This document shows positions 1 to 10,232 of a DNA stretch of 64,000 nucleotides, one piece after another. The notes below the pieces were generated by a model that searched no databases, was not told the DNA's origin, and was given only the letters and a program-made list of their open reading frames with translations. The DNA is taken from the NCBI GenBank assembly GCA_036677065.1, contig JAKFBS010000001.1, forward strand, positions 288,001 to 352,000. Direction: 5' to 3'. Position numbers and translations under genes: made by a program. This stretch comes from Bdellovibrio sp. (GTDB lineage: Bacteria > Bdellovibrionota > Bdellovibrionia > Bdellovibrionales > Bdellovibrionaceae). Positions within the stretch are counted from its first letter, which is position 1. The number at the start of each line of letters is the position of its first letter.

Positions 1-2
1 GG

Positions 3-542
3 TTACCGGTATTAAATTCTGAACCGGATCCAAATTCAATTTACTATAATGTATGGAATGTTGCTGTAACGGTCGACGAGATGGGTGTCTGGCATCTATT
101 CGTTGAGTGTGCTGATATCCGTAATAATGCATACGCTGGCTTAGCGCATTCGACAGCAGTTATGGTTGGCGATCAGATAGATTTTAATCCGAATAAATCC
201 AGCACTTTTTTAATTCAGCAGGCGGGAAATCCTTACGTCACTAATGTGCCTGGTAAAGGCCTTCTAATTGTGTATGGACGAATATTTTTACCTAACGAAA
301 ATTTTGATTATGAATGGTATGTATCTGCAGCAACATTCAATTTCAATACTAATACTGTGACTGAGCATAATGAGTTTCAAGTTGGCGTGCGGGGTATTCA
401 TGTCGCTGATCCTCATTTGGTAGAGTTACCTAGTGGAAAACTTTTGTTAAGTTTAAGCGTTAATCAGAATTCAACTTATTTTGCCTATTCGGATCAAAGC
501 ATGAGCGAGTTTTACGATTTGTTGCTAAATGGGCTTTACTAA
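3..542 (+). CDS. 5'-truncated protein, possible beta-propeller glycoside-hydrolase-like fold
   Basis: Frame is open from position 3 to the track ORF at 81, so the gene starts before the window; GNPYV and ADPHLV resemble propeller-blade motifs. Confidence 0.45.
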   Translation, partial: LPVLNSEPDPNSIYYNVWNVAVTVDEMGVWHLFVECADIRNNAYAGLAHSTAVMVGDQIDFNPNKSSTFLIQQAGNPYVTNVPGKGLLIVYGRIFLPNENFDYEWYVSAATFNFNTNTVTEHNEFQVGVRGIHVADPHLVELPSGKLLLSLSVNQNSTYFAYSDQSMSEFYDLLLNGLY

Positions 543-684
543 TGCAGGTCTTGCGGCTTGTGTGATTTTTTTGAAGTTTAATTCTTGTCTACGAAATTGA
601 CAGTCCCTTTCTTATTTTCCTGAACCTGTGTTCTTCTGTGTTTTCTGAGCGAAACCGGCCTCGTTATGCTAAAAAATAGCTTCT

Positions 685-1449
685 ATGAAAGCCTTTCTGC
701 TGACATTACTTTTTACTGTTTCTGTACAAGCTCAAGTTAATCTTGCGGTGGAATACAATAGAATACGACTAGAGGCGACTCAGCTTGCTGGGCGGCCGCA
801 GGATATTCCACAACGGGTCGAACAGCTTAAAAAAATGTATTTAGATTCTAATGGTCGCTATGCTTTTCCGTTAGTGGCCGCTCATGGTGCAAAATACGCT
901 GATAAGATTTTTTCAATTACGCAAACGGCCAGCGAGTTATTTTCTATTACGACATGGTTCATGGATTCTAAAGAGATGACTCAGCTCGATCGGTTGAATC
1001 TTTTAGTTTATGATTTAACCAATGAACTAGAGGATGTGAATCGTTTTGTTTTTATCGATACGTATACGAATTACTACTTCGCTAAGAAGTACGGTCGAAT
1101 GATAGGTGCTGATAAATTTATTCCAGCTGTATTGTTGCAGCAATTAAATAAAATGCTGACGATTCCAGTTTATACGGCTGAAGCCAAGCGAGAGTTGTTC
1201 TATCAAGCTTTAATGTATGAGCAACACGCGCGTGTCAGCCCGATGATTAAAAGAGTTTGTGGTGGTTTTTCAGAACAATGGTTATTGCCATTGATTATGA
1301 AGCCGCAAGTGCAGTTTTCTTATTTTCCTGTAAGTACTAAGTTTCAATTTCAAGACTTTTCTTCTGAAGAAGAACGTATTCATTACGCCTTAAAATCTTA
1401 TGATCTAGCGGCGCAGGTCGGCTGGCCGCACGTATTAAATACTTTATAA
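685..1449 (+). CDS. Secreted hypothetical protein
   Basis: 254 aa ORF with signal peptide (MKAFLLTLLFTVSVQA). Confidence 0.7.
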   Translation: MKAFLLTLLFTVSVQAQVNLAVEYNRIRLEATQLAGRPQDIPQRVEQLKKMYLDSNGRYAFPLVAAHGAKYADKIFSITQTASELFSITTWFMDSKEMTQLDRLNLLVYDLTNELEDVNRFVFIDTYTNYYFAKKYGRMIGADKFIPAVLLQQLNKMLTIPVYTAEAKRELFYQALMYEQHARVSPMIKRVCGGFSEQWLLPLIMKPQVQFSYFPVSTKFQFQDFSSEEERIHYALKSYDLAAQVGWPHVLNTL

Positions 1450-1821
1450 CTAATCTTGGTATACGCGAGTGAAGCAAGAAAAACGGTGGTGAACGCCGCT
1501 CTCATAAACATCAACGCGGATGTTGTCGTTGTTTGTTCCAAAAACGCCTTTTGGAAAAACTAAGTAAGATTCGTTAACGGCATCAACTAATTTGTAGTAG
1601 ATGCCGTCTTCTTTTTCTTCGATTTTTTCGATATGGTAAAGTTGGTGAGCATCTGTTTCAGCACCCAAAGTAACAAATAACGTGCCTTTTTCTAACGTTG
1701 GTAAGTTCACAACGCTGTAAAATTCTTTATCTAAGTCTGAACACTGTGTGTACTGACGGGCAAAAGCTGCTGTTGATACTAATAATCCTAATACTAAAAT
1801 CATCATTTTCATAAGACCCAC
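1450..1821 (-). CDS. Small secreted hypothetical protein
   Basis: Signal peptide ending AFA, two Cys; GGAG RBS upstream of the MKMM start. Confidence 0.7.
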   Translation of the reverse strand: MGLMKMMILVLGLLVSTAAFARQYTQCSDLDKEFYSVVNLPTLEKGTLFVTLGAETDAHQLYHIEKIEEKEDGIYYKLVDAVNESYLVFPKGVFGTNNDNIRVDVYESGVHHRFSCFTRVYQD

Positions 1822-1962
1822 TCCTTGTTAATTTAAAAGTGTTTATGGGCGTAAACGCTACGCTAGTCAATGAAACCACCGCGGTCGATAGAAATGAAAA
1901 CTAAGTGAATTTTTATGCGCATAATATTCAAGGTATTTCAAAATGAGACAGTTAAATAACGG

Positions 1963-1990
1963 TGAAAATTCGAAAACAAAAAGCCGATAA
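1963..1990 (+). promoter_or_regulatory. Sigma28/FliA-like promoter
   Basis: Perfect GCCGATAA at 1983-1990 with TGAAA 15-16 nt upstream; ATG 7 nt downstream. Confidence 0.55.
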
Positions 1991-1997
1991 GTCTTGT

Positions 1998-3137
1998 ATG
2001 AAACTAGTCTTATCCGTTCTTTTATTGTCGTGGTCTTTAGCCAGCTTGGCGCAACAAAATATTTCTAATGTCGGTTTAGCGACTTGGGTTTCGCCCAATT
2101 GGCAGACTTATCAGGCAATAGGATACACTGCAGATACTTTCAAAGTGCCCGAAGGGCTTAAAAAGAGCGTCGATTTCTGGATTCAGATTTACACAAAATA
2201 CACGACCCAGCAGGGTGTGTTTCACGTTGCGGGTGACACTGACCAGATCCTTGGGGATTTTGATCTTACGCAAGTTTATGCCAATCAAAAATGGTCGCCG
2301 GTTCGTCGTGAATTAGAGGCCGAGATTTTAATTAGACGTCAGAAAAAACTATTGGCTTCGCGTTTTAAAATTGATGTTAAAAAAATTCGTCTACAAATGG
2401 GTTTAAAAGATCGGATGCAACACGCGATTAAAGTATCTGGGTATTATTTACCGCAGATGGAAAAAATCTTTGAACAAGAAAAAATTCCTAAAGAATTAAC
2501 ACGCGTGGTGTTTGTTGAAAGTTCATTTAATATTTTTGCTGAATCAAAAGTAGGGGCTAGTGGTCTTTGGCAAATCATGCCACGTGTATCAAGAAAATTT
2601 AAATACATGCAAGATGCGCAAGATTTGCGAAATCACCCGATCTATGCAACAAAACTTGCAGCTAAAATCTTTAAAGAAAATTATCAGATCTTAAAATCAT
2701 GGCCACTGGCAGTGACTGGTTACAATCACGGTGTGGGCAGTATGCGTAAACTTGTGAAAAAATATAAATCTAACGATATTTCGTATTTAGTAGATAACGT
2801 AGGTGCTAGTAAAAGTTTTGGTTTTGCATCTCGAAATTTCTATGCAACTTATTTAGCGGCGCTGTACGTTGAATCACATGCTAATTTATATTTTCCAGAA
2901 CCTGTTTACAAGTTTCAGGAATTACAGGTGCGCGCAGTTAAGGTGGTAAAACCTATGCCGTATCATGAGCTGTTAAGCTATTTCGGCTCTGATCGCATTA
3001 AACTGCGACTGTATAATCCACATATCAAATCAAGTTACCTAAAGCCCGGCAAAAGCCTTCCTAAAGGTGTGATTGCGAATCTTCCGAAAGAAGACAAAAC
3101 TACTAAAATCGCCGGCGTTACCGAACAAGAGCTGTAA
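1998..3137 (+). CDS. Lytic murein transglycosylase (SLT/MltD-like)
   Basis: VESSFN, GASGLWQIMP and AVTGYNHG motifs; signal peptide begins at ATG 1998 (track starts at 1962). Confidence 0.9.
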   Translation: MKLVLSVLLLSWSLASLAQQNISNVGLATWVSPNWQTYQAIGYTADTFKVPEGLKKSVDFWIQIYTKYTTQQGVFHVAGDTDQILGDFDLTQVYANQKWSPVRRELEAEILIRRQKKLLASRFKIDVKKIRLQMGLKDRMQHAIKVSGYYLPQMEKIFEQEKIPKELTRVVFVESSFNIFAESKVGASGLWQIMPRVSRKFKYMQDAQDLRNHPIYATKLAAKIFKENYQILKSWPLAVTGYNHGVGSMRKLVKKYKSNDISYLVDNVGASKSFGFASRNFYATYLAALYVESHANLYFPEPVYKFQELQVRAVKVVKPMPYHELLSYFGSDRIKLRLYNPHIKSSYLKPGKSLPKGVIANLPKEDKTTKIAGVTEQEL

Positions 3138-3140
3138 ACG

Positions 3141-3175
3141 AAAAAAAAGCCTTGGTTTTTATCCAAGGCTTTTTT
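3141..3175. terminator. Bidirectional intrinsic terminator
   Basis: AAAAAAAAGCCTTGG-loop-CCAAGGCTTTTTT between convergent genes. Confidence 0.85.
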
Positions 3176-3228
3176 GTATGTCGCAATAGTACAAGAAACA
3201 GGGCGCGGGCTGCGTGCCCTGGCACCAA

Positions 3229-4899
3229 TTAAGGTTTCGATAAGGTCTGTAATTTAATAGGTACGAAAATTCCTTTTGAAATATTCGATCGTAATAAGTA
3301 AGGAACAGCATAATATCGGTTATACTGGTTCGGGATTACGCGAGAAGATTGTAGATCCTCAACGGCTAACTTAATTTTAGCTGTGTAGCTATCGATCGAC
3401 ATAAATGCATCATAGGCTGCTTTGCTTTTTTCCCAAAGGTTACCAATTTTAGCACGTACGCCAGCTTGAGCCGGTGGTGGTGATTGAAACACACGCATCA
3501 AATCGGTGTAAGATTTTAGATCACCCAGTGATTCAGATAACTTAGGAAATAAGAAAGAAAAGATTATTTTATTGAACTGGTGTTTTTCTTCTAATGAATA
3601 AGTCACAAACTCAGTTTTACCGTTTGATTTAGGTAAGACAGGTTTTCCTTTTGGATCTAAAGCTAACTCTAAAAGATAGCCTTGCTGAGTGCTTGTGTTG
3701 TTTTTTACGAAATAAATATCACGGCCAAAAATAGTATAAACTAACGAGCGCATATTCGATACACGCAAAGCCATTTCTTTTTCCCAGATAGGGCCGTCTT
3801 CTTCTTTTTCGAAGCGGTGATATTCATTCATTGGTTGGGGAACAAGTCCACGTAACAACGAGTGAATGATCTTAGTTGTTAAACCTTCATTACCACCTAG
3901 TGAAACAACATAGCGAGCATCAATAGTTTCAGCAGGACGGCCTAAAGCTTTTAAGATCATAGGTTGGTTAACAATCTTCTTAAAATTTTCGCGGTCTTCA
4001 GACAAAGCCAGCGAAATACTTGCGGCTGCCTGAAATGAATCTTGACCAGGGGTATAGTTTTTTAAATAAGTTTCAACACCGTTAGTTACATAGCCAAGTT
4101 TTTTGGCGCGATCAAAAACATTATTTAAGGCAAAATCAACGAATTCAGGTTCGTTCAAAATTTTCTTAGAAACATATTTATGAATAAGTTGGTTTGAGTG
4201 ATATAACTCACCAAGGGCAGCGCCATCTAATTTAGCGTTAGGGCCTTTGTCCGAGAACGCGATTTCATAATCGATTTCAGATTCAGGTAATAGTGTGCGT
4301 ACGGCAACCATAGCTTTTAAAACCGAACGGGCCATGGCAAAATATTTTTCAACAGAAGCTGCGTCTACATAAGGACGATCCGGATGATGCCAAAAGTGAG
4401 CATGGCCTAATTCAGCTACTGTGCCTGCGTGAGCAAATGAATCTTCTAGGGTATGAAGACCTGCAGAGATCTTCATTAAGTTGCCTTCCATTAAACCTTC
4501 AGTAAAAAGTTCTGTCGCAAATTCATGGTCTGCTTCTGTTTCTGTATAAGTATTTAATTCGATTCCAGAAGATGGGTCAGACTTTAATAAACCCGCGAAT
4601 CGAGTCATCGCATCTTGGGGATTTAGTTTATTTGCTAATGGATCCCCCGGAAAATGTAATAGGCGGCGTTTTTTAATACCTGTAGCAGGTAGGATAATCA
4701 TACTTAAAGGATCAGAAATATAAGACTCATCCATCCATTGTGCGCCTAAAGCCAGCTTAAGGGCCACATTGTGTTTGATACCGGCAAAACGGGCCATCGA
4801 GTAAGTTCCGTAAAAGTGTGTATCGACATCATAAGCTGATGCAGAAACCGAAACTAATAAGATCGCTGGCATTATCAATTTTTGAATAAGTTTTTTCAT
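3229..4899 (-). CDS. Secreted DUF6765-like / zinc-dependent phospholipase-C-like protein
   Basis: Signal peptide then YDVDTHFY, LHFP, GLHTLEDSFAH, GHAH metal-ligand-like motifs. Confidence 0.5.
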   Translation of the reverse strand: MKKLIQKLIMPAILLVSVSASAYDVDTHFYGTYSMARFAGIKHNVALKLALGAQWMDESYISDPLSMIILPATGIKKRRLLHFPGDPLANKLNPQDAMTRFAGLLKSDPSSGIELNTYTETEADHEFATELFTEGLMEGNLMKISAGLHTLEDSFAHAGTVAELGHAHFWHHPDRPYVDAASVEKYFAMARSVLKAMVAVRTLLPESEIDYEIAFSDKGPNAKLDGAALGELYHSNQLIHKYVSKKILNEPEFVDFALNNVFDRAKKLGYVTNGVETYLKNYTPGQDSFQAAASISLALSEDRENFKKIVNQPMILKALGRPAETIDARYVVSLGGNEGLTTKIIHSLLRGLVPQPMNEYHRFEKEEDGPIWEKEMALRVSNMRSLVYTIFGRDIYFVKNNTSTQQGYLLELALDPKGKPVLPKSNGKTEFVTYSLEEKHQFNKIIFSFLFPKLSESLGDLKSYTDLMRVFQSPPPAQAGVRAKIGNLWEKSKAAYDAFMSIDSYTAKIKLAVEDLQSSRVIPNQYNRYYAVPYLLRSNISKGIFVPIKLQTLSKP

Positions 4900-5089
4900 A
4901 CCCTGATAATGTGCAAAATATAAACCCTTCTAGATCAATTACACCAGTTTTGGACTGTCAAAGATCTGAACAGAGCCGTTAGATTGTCATCGCCTCATAA
5001 TGAGATTTTAGTATTTTCGCAGGATATTAACATATGACATAGATAGGGAAGGTGAACTAGCGTGACAGCATTAAGCCTTAGGGGGTTTT

Positions 5090-5710
5090 ATGAAATCATG
5101 GTTGGGACTGGTTATTTTCACTGTAAGTTTAACTGCTTTTTCAGCTGATGATCAACGCGTAAGAGCCGGATTATTCGAAGTGCAAAGCGCGCATAGCCAA
5201 ACACAAATTTTATTTAATGAAGTCACGCCCCAACAAAAAGAACGCGTTCGTTATATCAGTCAAAAATTAGCGCTTGCTGAAAGCTATTTACAACAATCGC
5301 TAAACCAGCTTCCGCCAAATCCGCCACATCAAGAAGCGAATGTAGAACTATTTCGTAGTGATTCATGCAAAAGCGATTTAGTTGCTATTGTCAATTCAAC
5401 GACAGATTGCTCGCGATTTGATGATAGCGAATCGGTTTGGGCGATTCGTGTAAATAAAAAGTGTCAGGATATCGACGATACAAATTTAATTATGAGCTGC
5501 CGCGCTTTTAAAGCGGCAAATTCACCGCGTGCAGTGAATCTTTACCGCTCAGATACTTGCCGTGATTCAATGATTGCAGCCATTGATCACAACACTGCTT
5601 GTGAAAGTTTGACTGGTTTAGAAAATGTTTGGGCCATTCAAATCAACGGGCAATGCCAAGATGTGAGTGATCTTGATATCGTAACAGCCTGTAAGAGATT
5701 TAAGCCTTAA
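5090..5710 (+). CDS. Secreted protein with two Cys-rich internal repeats
   Basis: Signal peptide; duplicated L(F/Y)RSDxC...VWAI...CQD...C unit. Confidence 0.7.
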   Translation: MKSWLGLVIFTVSLTAFSADDQRVRAGLFEVQSAHSQTQILFNEVTPQQKERVRYISQKLALAESYLQQSLNQLPPNPPHQEANVELFRSDSCKSDLVAIVNSTTDCSRFDDSESVWAIRVNKKCQDIDDTNLIMSCRAFKAANSPRAVNLYRSDTCRDSMIAAIDHNTACESLTGLENVWAIQINGQCQDVSDLDIVTACKRFKP

Positions 5711-5884
5711 ATAAAATTGATTGATCATTCTTAACAATTTTGCGCAAATCATTTGCGTGAATTTGGGCAATTTGTCTAACCAACAACATTATTATTGGTA
5801 AACTTACTCTAACCCCCAATTCAGGGGGTGACGCTCCGCTAAGTAGCGCTCAGACTATTATAAATAAAAAGGCGTCTAAATTGG

Positions 5885-6622
5885 ATGAAGATGCTCACCA
5901 AGAATGCTATAAAAGATAGCCTCCTGATGACAACTTTAAGAAAGAGTAGCTTGAAAACATTAGCTGAATTCGCACAGAGCATTTGCTTAGTCATAGAAGA
6001 TAATACAACTCAATTTTTATCAAAAGTAGTGACCTCGGCGTTTCCGGGGATTTCTGTGCATTGTACATCTTCTATAAAAGAGGCTCAAAGCTGGTTACAT
6101 GAGCGCACGACAAATACAAAACGGACTCCATTGTATTTAGCCTTAGTTGATTTGGGTTTGCCTGACGGATCCGGCTTAGAAGTGATTCGTTTATTAAAAG
6201 AAAAAGAGCCACATACACAGTCTGTTGTTGTGACGATTTATGAAGAAGACAAATATCTTTTCGAAGCCTTAAGTGCGGGAGCAGTTGGTTATCTACTTAA
6301 AAAAGATGATCCAAGTTTGTTATCGGATATTTTAAAACGCATTTTACATAACGAACCCCCATTATCACCATCGATTGCAAATCGTTTGATTGAATATTTT
6401 CGCGAGCCTGAAAAACATAGCACAATTAAAACTGAGCTAACCATTCGTGAAAGTGAAACTTTAGCGCATTTAGCTAGGGGATTAACCGTGGCCGAAGCAG
6501 CTGCACGCATGGGTTTAAGTGCGCAGACTGTAGCGGGTTATGTGAAAGTTATTTATCAAAAGTTACATGTCTCTAATCGCGCCGAAGCAACACGCGAAGC
6601 CATTCGTCGCGGCCTAGTCTAA
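5885..6622 (+). CDS. NarL/LuxR-family response regulator
   Basis: Receiver LVDLGLPDGSG and GAVGYLLK; C-terminal LTIRESETL...IYQKLHV HTH; start may be further downstream. Confidence 0.9.
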   Translation: MKMLTKNAIKDSLLMTTLRKSSLKTLAEFAQSICLVIEDNTTQFLSKVVTSAFPGISVHCTSSIKEAQSWLHERTTNTKRTPLYLALVDLGLPDGSGLEVIRLLKEKEPHTQSVVVTIYEEDKYLFEALSAGAVGYLLKKDDPSLLSDILKRILHNEPPLSPSIANRLIEYFREPEKHSTIKTELTIRESETLAHLARGLTVAEAAARMGLSAQTVAGYVKVIYQKLHVSNRAEATREAIRRGLV

Positions 6623-6768
6623 TATGCCATAGAGACCCCATTACGCTGGGACTTTTTTACCGACAAATTCTGTTTTATTGAATACGCCGCACAAGGCCTG
6701 ATGGCCCTATGCTTGCTCCTCTTTGTAAAATTAGGCAAAACACTTTTTACGAAAGACGGAGTTCTCGT

Positions 6769-8037
6769 ATGTTCAAATTATTTAAAAGATTTGTCGTGAT
6801 CATAGCATCACTTTATTCAACCCAAGTTTTCGCTGATGCTATGCCCGCTTGTTATGGCTTTACCGTCGCTGAAAGCCCAGAAGCTGATGCGGCGGTGGTC
6901 GAAAATAAAGAGATCTGGTGTTACCAGCAATTAAGTCATCCGCAAGGTATGCTTTTTGTTTTTAATGCGGATAGTGATACAATTAAGCCTGAATTGGCAT
7001 TCACAGTAGATGCGGGCGGAGTCATGACTCACGCTTCAATGGTGCAAGGCCGGCGTTCGGTTCACAAAGTTTTAGTTAAAGAGTTTAATCCATTTTCAAT
7101 ACCAGCGAATGAACCAAAAGGTTTGCCGTCGATGGCGCCACAATATTTAAATACAGAAATGCTGAGTTCAGCTAACGAAGCTTTGCGCGTGTTATCCACG
7201 TCACGTTCAACCTTCTCAACATTAGAAATGGATGTAGGCACTATCGTTGAAGATGCGGATATTAAACCATGGCGCGGATATTGGTGGGCTTACAATGGTC
7301 GCCGGTTATCTAACGGATCAAATTCTCCGATGGCCAAATATGATCGCTTTGTAAAAGCCAGAACCGGCGCAAATCCAGGAGCGCAATCCTGGGAAAACTC
7401 GCGTCACCGCTATCACGGCATTAATTGGGAAGGTCATTGTAATGGTTGGGCGGCAAGTTCAGTATTGCGTCCAGAACCTAAAGCTTCAAAACTTGATCAG
7501 CAATCAGGTGAGATTTTTTCAGTGTCTGACCAAAAAGGTTTATTAGCTGAAGTTGATTACTGCGTAAAAGTCGCCTTCTTTGGTAATCGTTACCGTGGCT
7601 CAAGCAGTAACCTTCGCGATATCAATCCAGCGTTGTTTCATAAAACGTTACGTTACTACATTGGTAACTTAAAAAAGCCCGTAGCCACTGATTACAAACA
7701 GATGGCAGAGGTGGATAATCATGTAATTTCTGGTTACACGATGAATATCAAAAAAACCGGAGAAACTACTTATTCTGTGAAAACCCAAATTCGTATTCAC
7801 AAATATGATAAAGGCACGAGTTCAGTTCCGGGCGTTGCGCCAATGTACACACGCACCTATTCATATCGTTTGCGTGAAGCTGCAGATGGCAGTTTAACTG
7901 GTTCATGGACATCAACGAATCCAGACTTTTTGTGGGTGCCGTTAGCCAGCGAGGATTGTAACAGTAATAATCCACGTATGAATCACGCCCGTATGCAGGA
8001 AATTTTAGATTTACCTGAAGTTACTTCTGATAATTAA
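6769..8037 (+). CDS. Secreted transglutaminase-elicitor-like protein
   Basis: PWRGYWW, SPMAKYD, WEGHCNGWAA, NH motifs; GGAG RBS before ATG 6769 (track starts at 6709). Confidence 0.6.
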   Translation: MFKLFKRFVVIIASLYSTQVFADAMPACYGFTVAESPEADAAVVENKEIWCYQQLSHPQGMLFVFNADSDTIKPELAFTVDAGGVMTHASMVQGRRSVHKVLVKEFNPFSIPANEPKGLPSMAPQYLNTEMLSSANEALRVLSTSRSTFSTLEMDVGTIVEDADIKPWRGYWWAYNGRRLSNGSNSPMAKYDRFVKARTGANPGAQSWENSRHRYHGINWEGHCNGWAASSVLRPEPKASKLDQQSGEIFSVSDQKGLLAEVDYCVKVAFFGNRYRGSSSNLRDINPALFHKTLRYYIGNLKKPVATDYKQMAEVDNHVISGYTMNIKKTGETTYSVKTQIRIHKYDKGTSSVPGVAPMYTRTYSYRLREAADGSLTGSWTSTNPDFLWVPLASEDCNSNNPRMNHARMQEILDLPEVTSDN

Positions 8038-8069
8038 TATTTTATTTAGTAATTTTTTAAATTAACTTT

Positions 8070-8103
8070 ATTGCTCCTTAGGGTTTCTGAGGAGCAGTTT
8101 TTT
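8070..8103 (+). terminator. Intrinsic terminator
   Basis: TGCTCCTTAG-loop-CTGAGGAGCA followed by a T run. Confidence 0.6.
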
Positions 8104-8161
8104 CGACTTTGGGCCAGCCCTAGACTTTGTCTTTCACTTTAAACTCTGCCAAAATTAGTGC

Positions 8162-8728
8162 ATGGTTAAAAAAATAATTTCATTCTTATTCTGTACAATT
8201 TTAGTCTCATCAGCTTCAGCTAAATCCGTAGTGGCAGAACTGGGATTATTTTATTTTACTGATGATTTATCTTCGACAAGTAGCTTTTCCACATCGCGTA
8301 CAATTTATGATGTATCTGTATTGATGACGTCAGAAGGTCGTAGGCTTTTAGGCATCGGTTGGAACTATGTCGGTGTTTCTTCAGAAGAAAGCGCTGCAAC
8401 GACGACGTCGTACTCATCAACTGAGACTGGTCCGAAATTCACCTACATGTTCGGACGCGAACAAGATTGGTATGTGGGTTTAGCTTATAACTTACTGGCG
8501 AAAGCTCAATTTTCAGATACTAACGGCGAAGCAGAATGGCGCGGAACTTCACTTAAAGGTGAATTCGGATTTATCCCTAAGATCAATAATCGTATAAATG
8601 CCGGGGTAAAGCTTGTTTACCACCAAGCCAGTTATAACGAACAAATCACGAATACGACGACTTTGACCCAAACGACCAATACGAAAACCATGATTTATCC
8701 AACGTTTTCACTGGTTTTTAAGTTCTAA
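8162..8728 (+). CDS. Outer-membrane beta-barrel protein
   Basis: Signal peptide, alternating amphipathic strands, C-terminal Phe. Confidence 0.7.
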   Translation: MVKKIISFLFCTILVSSASAKSVVAELGLFYFTDDLSSTSSFSTSRTIYDVSVLMTSEGRRLLGIGWNYVGVSSEESAATTTSYSSTETGPKFTYMFGREQDWYVGLAYNLLAKAQFSDTNGEAEWRGTSLKGEFGFIPKINNRINAGVKLVYHQASYNEQITNTTTLTQTTNTKTMIYPTFSLVFKF

Positions 8729-8850
8729 AAACGCCTTTAACGGCAACTCAGCTGTAAAATCTTCAATAGCAGTTTCTTAAAGGCTTTACGGTTTGCCTCT
8801 AGGCGCAGACTCCCTTATTTTTTGGCTTCGTTTTACTCGGGGGAGTTACT

Positions 8851-9525
8851 ATGATTAAGGCCTTTATTTTGACTTTAGTTTTTGCGTTAAGCACACAAGC
8901 CCAAGTGTGGGATCCGGCAGTTGATACGTTAACTTTGCCAACAGATTTTTCGGCGCGTGAATTTAACGAATCTGATTTTCAAAATTTCCCATGGTTAAAA
9001 GAATTTAAATTAGTTGTTGTGATTAATAAAGCCAACTCTGGTAACGACCGCCAAACATTACGTGTTTATGAAAATCAAAAAATAATTATGCTTACAAAAA
9101 TTTCTTCAGGCCGCGAAGAGTACGAAAAAGGCTGCAACCCTGGTCAAGATCCGAAAAAGGATCACTGTTCAAAACGCGCTTACTGGTCAACAACCCCAGT
9201 AGGGCATTTTGACGTTGATACGTTAGACGAAAATTATTTCTCGAACCTATGGCAAACTTGGATGCCGTATGCGGTATTTTTTGAATCAGGTATAGCGACT
9301 CACCAAGCCCCGGCGGGTACCGAAGGTAAATTAGGCGGTCGTGCTTCTGGCGGTTGCGTAAGAATGCATCCAAATATGGCGCCGGTGTTATTTAGTTATG
9401 TGCAAAAGGCTGGCAAAGGTTTAGTTCCGAAAGTAAATCGTGATGGCTCAGTGGCTAAAACTAAACAAGGCGACACAGTTCGCTGGCAAGCTTACAGAAC
9501 TTTGGTTATTGTACAGAATAAATAA
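8851..9525 (+). CDS. L,D-transpeptidase (YkuD family)
   Basis: TPVG, MPYAVFF, GIATH...LGGRASGGCVR catalytic His/Cys motif. Confidence 0.9.
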   Translation: MIKAFILTLVFALSTQAQVWDPAVDTLTLPTDFSAREFNESDFQNFPWLKEFKLVVVINKANSGNDRQTLRVYENQKIIMLTKISSGREEYEKGCNPGQDPKKDHCSKRAYWSTTPVGHFDVDTLDENYFSNLWQTWMPYAVFFESGIATHQAPAGTEGKLGGRASGGCVRMHPNMAPVLFSYVQKAGKGLVPKVNRDGSVAKTKQGDTVRWQAYRTLVIVQNK

Positions 9526-9542
9526 TTTTAGAGGATTGGCCG

Positions 9543-10232
9543 TTGAACTTACAAGAACACTTAAAAACTAAAGAGCAAGATCGCAATTTTAACTGGGACG
9601 AAAAATTTTTTAAGTTGTTCAGTGAAGTCGAAATCGGTTTAGTGTCTAACGACCCACAACAAGGCCCAGATGGTTGGCCGTATTTAATTTGCCAAACATT
9701 AACCCCAAATAATCAAAGCCAGTTCGATGGCGATCGTATTGAGCATTCGCAAAAAATCATGAAATGGTGTTCAACTAAAGGCATTGGTTTAGTGGTAAAC
9801 CCACAACGTGAACCTTATCCTGATTATGTTTTTTCTTACGGCATGATTTGGTCATTTATTGAAACTGGATATTTCATGCGTCCTGATTTAGCGCAAGCTT
9901 CAGGAAAAGTAGAATACCGCAACGATAAGATCTTTAGCGGTGAGCCGACAGAGCAGTATCTTCCCTTATATGTACGTAAAGTTTTAAAAGATTTTTTTAA
10001 TGACCAGACGGTTTTTAATCCGAAAATTTTAATGATTTCTCCGGATGAAAAAAATTATGACTTAGCATTCTCGCTTGAGTCTCTTGGCAACCCACCAGAA
10101 AATGAACACGCTGGCATTGCCGAAGCGATTTCATGGTTCTTACCACCGCATTACTCGGTGGTTCTTGTAAGTGAACAAGGTCTGCCAAAGTTTACTGAGC
10201 TATTAGGTAGCCCAGCTAGTTCTATGAATTAG
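9543..10232 (+). CDS. Conserved hypothetical protein
   Basis: 229 aa ORF, GAGG RBS; GPDGWPY and WFLPPHY motifs. Confidence 0.7.
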   Translation: MNLQEHLKTKEQDRNFNWDEKFFKLFSEVEIGLVSNDPQQGPDGWPYLICQTLTPNNQSQFDGDRIEHSQKIMKWCSTKGIGLVVNPQREPYPDYVFSYGMIWSFIETGYFMRPDLAQASGKVEYRNDKIFSGEPTEQYLPLYVRKVLKDFFNDQTVFNPKILMISPDEKNYDLAFSLESLGNPPENEHAGIAEAISWFLPPHYSVVLVSEQGLPKFTELLGSPASSMN

